Of a DNA stretch of 64,000 nucleotides, positions 1 through 9,148 are shown one piece after another. This DNA comes from Octopus sinensis (Eukaryota): contig NC_043024.1 in NCBI RefSeq assembly GCF_006345805.1, positions 5,394,001-5,458,000 on the forward strand, written 5' to 3'. The notes beneath the pieces were generated by a model. It did no database searches and had not been told where the DNA came from. It saw nothing but the letters and a program-made list of their open reading frames with translations. The position numbers were made by a program, and so were the translations under genes. How positions within the stretch are numbered: the stretch's first letter is position 1; every line of letters begins with the position of its first letter.

Positions 1-32
1 ATATATATATATATGTATGTATATATATATAT

Positions 33-199
33 ACGACGGGCTTCTTTTTCAGTTTCCGTCTACCAAATCCACTCACAAGGCTTTGGTCGGCCTGAGGCTA
101 TAATAGAAGACACTTGCCCAAGGTGCCACGCAGTAGGACTGAACCCGGAACCATGTGGTTGGTAAACAAGCTACTTACCACACAGCCACTCCTGCGCCT
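33..199 (-). mobile_element. tRNA-derived SINE, family A (octopus OR/OK-type), 5' half only
   Basis: Reverse complement begins GGCGCAGGAGTGGCTGTGTGGTAAG (A box), has GGTTCAGTCC (B box) and GCACCTTGGGCAAGTGTCTT (CORE-like). Ends at a TA microsatellite. Homologous to copies at 7534, 15693, 17105, 44382 and 62539. Confidence 0.85.
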
Positions 200-475
200 A
201 CATATAGATGAAGATAGAATAAGATATGGGTGGCAGTCATATCTTGTAAAATCTGAAACCTGCAGGTCCCACATTATCCTTTTCCGGGTATTTCATCTTT
301 CAGATGTTCTCCCTGGAGGTAAGACGTTTTTCTCTAGTTTGTTGCACACACGCATATTTACTAATACATACGCGGTGAAGCTATATATTAGCGTCGTATT
401 TTTACGTTCGCTAATTCCAGTAAATATCGGTACTTAGTTGTGCCATTTATTTACTACTTTGTGTATTTACTACTT

Positions 476-477
<2 letters not shown>

Positions 478-530
<53 letters not shown>
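478..530. repeat. (TA)n microsatellite at the 3' end of the Neptune-like PLE
   Basis: Pure TA run directly abutting the pLTR terminus. Confidence 0.95.
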
Positions 531-532
<2 letters not shown>

Positions 533-1417
533 CAAAGTTGAGTTGTGGGGTATCGCACGAGTGGAATTATATACGAAAGAAGGTTTGAAAATGCAATTTA
601 AAAGATGTTTATTTACTTTACCGGTTTCACTCTTTGGAAAAAGATTATCAAAAGTAACATGTGGAAGTTTGGTTGCGTTAATTATTGGTTGTTGCAAATT
701 GCTACATTACATATATATATACAGTCTTTGGTAACAGGGACATGTTAAGGACATAAAAAAGTACAACAGTATGTTGGGAATATAAAGAGGTTTAACAAGC
801 TCATTGAAAACATCGGCAGAAAAGATTAAAATATATATATATTATACATCTCAGGGTAATTTCCAGGAAGAATTATTAAAAAAATTCAGTACAGAATATT
901 ATGAATTCAAAAAGATTTACATTAACGTAGTGGCGAGGTTGTTACTGACCTGTCCGTTTTAGCGAAAATGTGGAATTGAAAAGGATGTACCCGTTTTTTT
1001 CTTTTTTTGGCTTTCCTTCAAGCATCAATGATTTTGGGGTTAGGATGAGGTGAATATGTGTGTCTCTGCGTGTATGTGTGTGTGCATACATATACATGTG
1101 GTGTGAATAGATGTGTCTGTAGTATTTGGTCAGATGGTGTCTGTTTGTCAAATGTGTGTGTGGTTGTCATGGTGTTGTGTGTGCGTGTGTGTGTGCGTGT
1201 GTACGCATGTATGTGTGTGGATGGCATTTGACATGCTGCGTGTGTATATATGTGTGCCTGTATGGAGGTGAGATTGGTGTGTGTGTGTCCCTGTGTGCGT
1301 GCACATACATGTATACAAGTGTCTGTGTGTGGGGGCTGTTTTTGATTGGTTCCAGGGTGGTGTAAATAGATGTGTGTTGTTTAAAGAATTTTTTTGGGTA
1401 GGATGGTGTGTGTATAT
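524..1417 (-). repeat. 3' pLTR of Neptune-like PLE
   Basis: Near-identical to 6328-7228; both begin TATAACAAAGTTGAGTTGTGGGG on the plus strand. Confidence 0.92.
606..661 (-). ncRNA. Candidate type I hammerhead ribozyme (U3-A8 core variant), pLTR copy 1
   Basis: Minus strand reads UUACUU-UUGAUAA-UCUUU UUCC AAAGA GU-GAAA-CCGG-UA/AAGUAA. Stem I is UUACUU:AAGUAA, stem III is the palindrome ACCGGU, and predicted cleavage is GUA between 619 and 618. Stem II has an irregular base. Confidence 0.65.
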
Positions 1418-1638
1418 GCGTGCCCGCATATACATATACACAATGCACATACATATAATGCACATATCATCATCATCATCATCATCATTTAGCGTCCGTG
1501 GTGTAAATAGATGTGTGTTGTTTAAAGAATTTTTTTGGGTAGGATGGTGTGTGTATATGCGTGCCCACATATACATATACACAATGCACATACATATAAT
1601 GCACATATCATCATCATCATCATCATCATTTAGCGTCC
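1357..1638. repeat. 141-bp tandem duplication spanning the pLTR end / RTE tail junction
   Basis: GTGGTGTAAATAGATG...(CAT)n TTAGCGTCC occurs at 1357-1497 and again at 1498-1638. Confidence 0.9.
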
Positions 1639-2385
1639 GTTTTCCATGCTAGTATGGGTTGGACGGTTCTACTGGGGTCTGTGAAGCCAGAAGGCTTCAT
1701 CAGGCCCAGTCAAATCTGGCAGTGTTTCTACGGCTGGATGCCCTTCCTAACGCCAACCACTCCGTGAGTGTAGTGGGTGCTTTTTACGTGCCACCCGCAC
1801 TGGTGCCAGACAGAGCTGGCAAACGGCCACGAACGGATGGTGCTTTTTATGTGCCACCGGCACGAGGGCCAGGCGAGGCTGGCAACGGACACGAAACGGG
1901 GCGGTGCTGGCAACGGTCGCGAAACGGAAAGTTCTCTTACATGCCACCGGCACATCTGCAATTTCCATTGATCGATTTCCATTGATCGATTTCGATTCTG
2001 ATCCTCACTTGCCTCAATGGGTCTTCACAAGCAGAGTTTCGACATGCCACCGGCACTGGTAGCACATCCGCAATTTCCATTGATCGATTTCGATTCTGAC
2101 CTCACTTGCCTCAACACGTCTTCACAAGTAGAGTTTTGTGTCCCAAGAAGGGAAGGTATGCATACGTAGGCTGGCTCCATCCCATGTAGAAGGCCACGGG
2201 TTGTGGACGCACTTGTCCTGCCGGGTCTTCTCGCGCACAGCACACTTCCAGAGGTTTCGGTCTCTAGTCATTTCCTCAGTGAGACCTAAAGTTCGAAGGT
2301 CGTGCTTCACCACCTCGTCCCAGGTTTTCCTGGGTCTGCCTCTTCCACAGGTTCCCTCAACCGCTAGGGTGTGGCACTTTTTCAC
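1606..2385 (-). mobile_element. 5'-truncated RTE-clade LINE (ORF C-terminus, 3' UTR, (GAT)n tail) inserted in the PLE 3' UTR
   Basis: Encodes VEGTCGRGRPRKTWDEVVKHDLRTLGLTEEMTRDRNLWKCAVREKTRQDK, matching the C-terminus of ORF 31729-33885, and has the same 3' terminus. Confidence 0.9.
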
Positions 2386-2736
2386 ATATATATATATATA
2401 TATATTCACATATACACACATATATATATATAATGCACACACACACACACACAAAATACATATATATAACGTACACACACATATATATATACATACCACA
2501 CACACACACAAACAATGCATTCACATATACACACATACAATGCATACACACACACATAAACACATACACACACACAATGCACACGCACATACATATATAT
2601 AATGCATGCGCGTATGTGGTCAATGCCCGCTAGTGCGCCCTATGTGTGCCGATGCGTGCATGTGTCCGCTTGCATGATACGTTGCGAGTGTGCGCGTGTC
2701 TGTGTGTTTGCTCTGGATGTGTGCCTAGGGGGTATG

Positions 2737-5700
2737 TTAGAGTATGTTTAGTTGTGGTCTGTATTTTTGAATAAGATTACTTTCCCTATTTATTCGTCTT
2801 TGGTCTGTGGTGTTGTCCGAGCATTGGTATAGTGGGAAGACTAAGAATTTGGGGGACTTATTGTGTGCACAAAGGTCTAAGTGTCCACTTAGTGGTATCT
2901 GTCTTGTGGAGGGGTCCCTCAGTTGTTGTCAGTGAACTGTCATTCTTTCTCTGAGGGTAAGGCTCGTTTGCCCTATGTAGTCTTCGTGGCACCCTTCACA
3001 CCTTATGACGTAGAGTAAATTTTTTGATGCGCATGTGAAATTATTTTTTATGATGAATGTGTGTCCCGACCGGAACTTGTACGTCGATCCCTCAATGAGG
3101 TGGCTGCAAGTCCTGCAGTTGGGGTGACCACATTTTTTGATGGTGGGCGGTGGGTTTGTGTTGTGTAATTTTGCGTTGGTGAGGAGGTTTTTTAGGGATT
3201 TAGGTTGTCTCTTACTTTTTATTATTTTATGAGCTGCCAGTAATTTTTTCAGGCGTGGGTCTTGATTTAGTTGTGGAATGTTGTTGTATATAATAGTGTA
3301 AGCTTCTGCATTCCTTGGGTTGTGTGTTGAGAGATAGGGGAGGCTATTTACTGTACTGTGGATGTGTTTAGGTTTTCATAGGTCTTGAGTGTTGATTGAT
3401 TTGGCCCGTTCTATTCCGTTGTCTACTAGTGATGCCGGGTAATGTCTTTCGAGAAGAATTGCCCTTAGTTCCCGGAGTCTTCTATTTTGTGTTGTGTCAT
3501 TTGAGACAATTGTGCAGATTCTTCTCGCTAGGTTGAAGGGGATATTTGTCTTTGTGTGTTTGGGTGATTAGAGGTGAATAGAAGGTATTGTTTAGAGTCA
3601 GTGGGTTTGTAATGGATGTCAGTTTCAATGTTGACGCCTTTTTTAATGATTAGAATGTCAAGAAAAGGGAGTTGGTCCTGACTATATTCCATTGTGAATT
3701 GAATGTTGTTATTTACACTGTTGATAAGGTTTTTGAAGTCAGTAAGTTGGTCGAGTGTGTGGGACCATAGGATAAGGCAATCATCTAAGTAGCGTTTCCA
3801 GTTCTCCAACAGGTATTTGTGGAAAGACTGGCCGTACTTATATTTGGATTTTTCATAGATATGTGATTCCAGGTAGGCCATCACCAGGTTTGCATAGGTA
3901 GGTGCAACTTTCGTACCCATTGCAGTTCCTGAAACCTGTCTGTAAGTGTTGTTATTGAAATTCATGAAGTTGTTTTGCAGAATAAATTTGAGGCCCTCAA
4001 TGATGAATTCTTTTTTTATTCTTTCCGGGATCTCATTGGGATATTTATCCAGCCAGAATTTAATGGCTTCCAGTCCATATTCATGTGGGATTGTGGTGTA
4101 AAGATTAATTACATCAAAGGAAACGATTAAAGTGTCTTTCTCGGTATGTTTGGGGAGATGATTTAATAGGTCCAGGTCATCTCTTACAATACTTGGAATG
4201 TGTTTCAGTATTGGTTTTAGGATGATATCTATAAAGTTGCTAAGTCTGTGTGTTTCACAACTTGGGCCTGCCACTATTGGTCTCAGTTTGAGATCAGTGG
4301 GATGTGGTATAGTGATGCAGGTTGAAGTGGACTTTTTGCAAGCTTCTGTGATAATTTGACTCTTGTGTATTTTTGGAAGCCCATAGAGTGTGCTGGTTTT
4401 GCAATTAAAGTTTGTAATGTAGTCGCATTCCTTTGCTGTTAAGTCATTCCAGTGTTGGTAAATGAGTGCCTTCAGTTTGGTCATTGTTTTGGATTGCTGG
4501 TAGTCGACTACTCTTTCATAGTATGTGGTATCCTCTAAAAGGAGAGATACAGAGTTTTTATACTGCTCAGTATTCATAACAACGACCGTACTACCCTTAT
4601 CAGCTTCCTTTATTGTGACGTCATGATTGTCTCGTAGCGTATGGATGATTTCCCATTCCCTTTTACTGGTGTTGGGTTTGGGTTTAGGTTGTGGGAGTTC
4701 ACCATAAGGGAAGTTTGAGATGTAATCGCAAAATTTGTCTAAGGTTTTGTTTTTGCCTTTTATGGGATTATAGCTGCTTTTGTTACGGACCATTGATTCG
4801 TCGTTATTATTAGTTTCCTTGTCAAAAAATTCCTCTGTGAGGCGTAATTTTCTGCAAAAGTGTGAGATGTCATCTTGTATTTCCCTCAGGTTAGGGTATT
4901 GCGGAGTTGGGGTGAATTTTAGTCCCCTTGAAAGGATTTTTATTTGTGGTGTCGACAGGTTTAGGTTAGAAAGATTCACTATTTTTGGTTTCTCGGGGTT
5001 GGTATCTACCATCTGGTGTCGTGGAAACTGATGCCCTTGCCTAAAAAAGGAATCCTGGGGGTTCTTCTATCTGCGGTATTTTGCTGTATGTGATTCTTTC
5101 CCCCGTTGATATGTTGTCTGTTGAAGAGGTTTTGGTTGTTCCATGGTCTGGGTTGTTGGTGTGGCCTCCTGGAAGAGTTTTGGTTATTCCAGGGTCTGGG
5201 TTGTTTGTCCTGGGTGTAATGTTGGTTCCTTAGAGTGGGTTGGAAAACACATTCATGGTTTAGAAGTGAATTCCTATATGTTGGGGGAGAACTCCGAGTT
5301 TGGAACGGTTTGGGTTGGAATCTACAATCATAGTTCAGAGATAGGTTTCTAAGTGATGGGTAGGATCTCCGAATCTGGAACGGTTCTTGTGTGGGTTGGG
5401 GTCTACATTGTCTGGTAAAGTTTTGTCTTGTGTTGATGGGTGTCTCGGTTCTTTTGATGGGATTGTAGTACTGTCTGTAAGTTCTGTTGTTGTTGTTGTT
5501 GTCGATGTTAGGGGTGGTGTGTGTTCGGTGTTTTGTGGTTTGTTTTCTTTGTTTTTAGTGAGGGGTGTGAGTTGAAGTTGATATTTTAAAATATGGGTTG
5601 CTTGAATGGTGTTCATTTTTGAACTCTGTTTCATAATTGGTGAACCAGCTGTTTTTTTCCATTCACTGGAGGGATGTTAGTTCTTCATCCTCGCAGTTTT

Positions 5701-6304
5701 TTCTCCAGAGTTTGGTGGTTTCATCAAGGAGTGCTCCTTCACAGTGTTTTGAGATTTCAATCTGCATTTCATTGTCAAGGGTCTTGAATTTTTCTTCACT
5801 GGCGTTGGCTCTGAGCCGCAAAAGTTCTACTTCCGTTTTGAATTTTTCGAAAGCTAGTTTCTCCCTGAGGTTTTTTTGGTTTTCTGGTTCATTTTGGATG
5901 GGTTTTATTTGTAGTTTTCTGGGTAGGATGATAGGGGTGGAGTTGAGCCACTTTTCATAAATGTCAGCTTTGTTATTATTTTTTATGGAATTCCAGAAGG
6001 CAAACTTGCGCGCTTTGAGATTTTTACTCCAGGTGTTGTTAAGAGAGCTTTTAACTGAGAAGCAGTCTTTAGTTTGCTCCTGCTTTGGGAGCACTGCCGT
6101 CTCTATAGATTTCATTAGGTTTTGCAGTGTTGGGATGATGTCAGGGGTTTGATTAGTTGTTTTGGTCTCCATGAGTCCATTTAGGTATAAGTGCGATTGT
6201 TCGACTTTGTTTATTAGGGTTGAAAGTTTCGAGGAGATTTCTTGTAATTCTTTTAGGATATTTTGGTTCATTAAAGTTTCTGCTTGTTGTGACTTAGGTG
6301 GCAT
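2737..6304 (-). pseudogene. Disrupted PLE polyprotein: N-terminal extension, RT, Cys/His linker, GIY-YIG endonuclease
   Basis: ORF 3528-5012 has LSRGLKFTPTP, LYGLPKIHK, SFDVINLYT, GTAMGTKVAPTYANL and RYLDDC. A shifted frame continues KCGHPNCRTCSHL...LLYVIRCEGCHEDYIGQT...FQKYRPQLNIL*, with an in-frame TGA at 2929-2931. ORF 5663-6304 is the N-terminal part. Confidence 0.9.
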
Positions 6305-6327
6305 TTTCGGGACTCGTGTGATGTTTA

Positions 6328-7228
6328 TATATATAACAAAGTTGAGTTGTGGGGTATCGCACGAGTGGAATTATATACGAAAGAAGGTTTGAAAATGCAA
6401 TTTAAAAGATGTTTATTTACTTTACCGGTTTCACTCTTTGGAAAAAGATTATCAAAAGTAACATGTGGAAGTTTGGTTGCGTTAATTATTGGTTGTTGCA
6501 AATTCCTACATTACATATATATATACAGTCTTTGGTAACAGGGACATGTTAAGGACATAAAAAAGTAAAACAGTATGTTGGGAATATAAAGAGGTTTAAC
6601 AAGCTCATTGAAAAAATGGGCAGAAAAGATTAAAACAAATATATTATACATCTCAGGGTAATTTCCAGGAAGAATTATTAAAAAAATTCAGTACAGAATA
6701 TTATGAATTCAAAAAGATTTACATTAATGTAGTGGCGAGGTTGTTACTGACCTGTCCGTTTTAGCGAAAATGTGGAATTGAAAAGGATGTACCCGTTTTT
6801 TTCTTTTTTTGGCTTTCCTTCAAGCATCAATGATTTTGGGGTTAGGATGAGGTGAATATGTGTGTCTCTGCATGTATGTGTGTGTGCATACATATACATG
6901 TGGTGTGAATAGATGTGTCTGTGTGTCTGTAGTATTTGGTCAGATGGTGTCTGTTTGTCAAACGTGTGTGTGGTTGTCATGGTGTTGTGTGTGCGTGTGT
7001 ACGCATGTATGTGTGTGGATGGCATTTGACATGGTGCTGCGTGTGTATATATGTGTGCCTGTATGGAGGTGAGATTGGTGTGAGTGTGTGTGTCCCTGTG
7101 TGCATGCACATACACGTATACAAGTGTCTGTGTGTGTGTGGGGGCTGTTTTTGATTGGTTCCAGGGTGGTGTAAATAGATGTGTGTTGTTTAAAGAATTT
7201 TTTGGGGCAGGATGGTGTGTGTGTATAT
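6328..7228 (-). repeat. 5' pLTR of Neptune-like PLE
   Basis: Direct repeat of 524-1417, ending 24 nt upstream of the ATG at 6304. Confidence 0.92.
6410..6465 (-). ncRNA. Candidate type I hammerhead ribozyme (U3-A8 core variant), pLTR copy 2
   Basis: Identical in sequence to 606-661. Confidence 0.65.
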
Positions 7229-7533
7229 ATAACACTTTATTGTATTCAAGCTGATTAAGAAGTGCTCTATACTTAGACATACAGTTTTGAATTTTATGGA
7301 TGGACAGACAGGACACAATTGCTATAACTTCATGTATGGGTGAACTAGGTAACAAAACAGGTTTCACTTCTAACATAGAACAAAGCCCTGAGAATTAATT
7401 ATACACGATATGTATGTATGACGTAATAATACATTGGGAGAATTCAAACTAAATAAACATATAAACATTATTATATACAAAATAGAAAATGTCCTGGTTT
7501 ATCTTGTCATTGCCAGTGAGTACTTACAGTGAT

Positions 7534-7920
7534 ACTCTTTTACTTGTTTCAGTCATTTGACTGCGTCCATGCTGGAGCACTGCCTTTAGTCGAGCAAATC
7601 GACCCCGAGACTTATTCTTTGTAAGCCCAGTACTTATTCTATCGGTCTCTTTTTGCCGAACCGCTAAGTGACGGAGACGTAAACACACCAGCATCGGTTG
7701 TCAAGCAATGCTAGGGGGACAAACACAGACACACACATACATATACATATATATACATATATACGACAGGCTTCTTTCAGTTTCCGTCTACCAAATCCAC
7801 TCACAAGGCATTGGTCGCCCCGGGGCTATAGCAGAAGACACTTGCCCAAGATGCCACACAGTAGGACTGAACCCGGAACCATGTGGCTGGTTAGCAAGCT
7901 ACTTACCACACAGCCACACC
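7534..7920 (-). mobile_element. Near full-length family A SINE inserted at an exon 3' boundary
   Basis: tRNA head, CORE-like segment, internal TA/TG tract and GACTGAAACAAGTAAAAGAGT tail. Flanked by TGAT at 7530-7533 and 7921-7924 (possible short TSD). Confidence 0.9.
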
Positions 7921-8097
7921 TGATTGTAAAAATGTTTGTAATTTTTCTTTCAAATGTTGATTTTTTATGTAGTCCAATGGAGTCACTTTCTTCTTCTTAT
8001 TGCGATGGTATAAGCTGGCTCCTTGGCTGGCAAGATAACTCCCAACTACTATTCCAGAGAGCCTCCTATCCATGTCCAGTTGGAGCTCTTTGCAGCA
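7907..8097 (-). CDS. Exon of ankyrin-repeat (Mind-bomb-2-like) gene A
   Basis: Acceptor TTTCGTCATTTGCAG precedes 8097. Reads CCKELQLDMDRRLSGIVVGSYLASQGASLYHRNKKKKVTPLDYIKNQHLKEKLQTFLQS, in phase with the phase-0 donor at 13596. The 3' end assumes the SINE-derived GTAAGT at 7906-7901. Confidence 0.72.
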
Positions 8098-8349
8098 CTG
8101 CAAATGACGAAATATAAAACGATGAGTAGAATATTACAAAAATATATATTATAGATAAACAAATCATGTCAAATGTAGGAAATATAATGGAACAAGTATC
8201 ACAAATAACAGACCACAACAAACCAACAAGAACCTATCTTTACAACTGGTTTGATAAAGCCAACTGGCCATAACAAAAGAAATACTTATGGAAGAGTATT
8301 GTATATATAAATATAACACAACAACACAACAACAAACAATGGCAAGCTA

Positions 8350-8650
8350 CATTTTGTTACACAAAGGCCATTCTAATTACCATGGGGGTCGTCTGATGGT
8401 CTATGGTCACTCAAGATTTTCTGTAATTCCTTATGGAGATTTTAACTGGTCGCGACAAGAAGTATTTTTTTAACAACATATATACTCCTACTTGAATTTG
8501 TTTACCATCTGCAAAACTGCCATCAAAACTCAGATTTTTGACATCTTCAGATCTGCATCTATGAAAGCAATCACTCATATTTTCATACTGGTAATTTCAA
8601 TAATCCAAATATTGATTGGGAAACGTTTCACTGGTCACAAAGTGCAACTC
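8350..8650 (+). mobile_element. Old relic of the CR1-type LINE endonuclease region
   Basis: MVYGHSRFSVIPYGDFNWSRQEVF resembles MVYVHSNFSVIPCADLNESQEVF at about 22980-23045, and nucleotide similarity continues to GATTGGGAAACGTTTCACTGG. Confidence 0.6.
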
Positions 8651-9103
8651 ATTTCCATAACAACAAACAATGAACAGAGAACACCAAGAACATAATAATT
8701 TCTTCAGACACAGCAACAAAACCAGCACCAGACAGACATATCCAAGCATATCAATAATGTTTCCAAAATTTATAAAGAAACATTTTTGGCTGATGAAGTG
8801 AAGTAAAGATTGGTGTGGTGGTTGAGGCAACACACCAACACATTATAGTCAAGAAATTGTTGAAACTGTTAGTCTGATAGACAATTCCTATAATAATGGG
8901 TCGTTGACTTCTCGAGTAGCTTCTTCTCACCAAAGTAGACATTACAACAATACATAGGTGACCATCAACTGTCTGAAATACAGTCACACATCTGTAGTGA
9001 CCGTTACATATTTGGGAATCAAAGAGTTGCTTAAATTCTGCAACAACAGACAATAAACACCATCAGATCTAGCAGTGGATAGATGCTGAGGTCCTTCAAA
9101 CAA

Positions 9104-9139
<36 letters not shown>

Positions 9140-9148
9140 TATATGCAT

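Larger units (their letters stand above)
524..7228 (-). mobile_element. Penelope-like element (Neptune-like, RT + GIY-YIG) with direct pseudo-LTRs
   Basis: About 0.9-kb direct repeats (524-1417 and 6328-7228, offset 5804 at their left ends) flank a disrupted minus-strand ORF from ATG 6304 to TAA 2737-2739 that carries PLE RT and GIY-YIG motifs. Confidence 0.92.

Noticed and set aside
304-318. Plus-strand 15-nt microexon-like signal (TTTCATCTTTCAG|ATGTTCTCCCTGGAG|GTAAGA)
   Set aside because: Good-looking splice sites, but no plus-strand gene context nearby. Such matches arise by chance, and transcript data would be needed.
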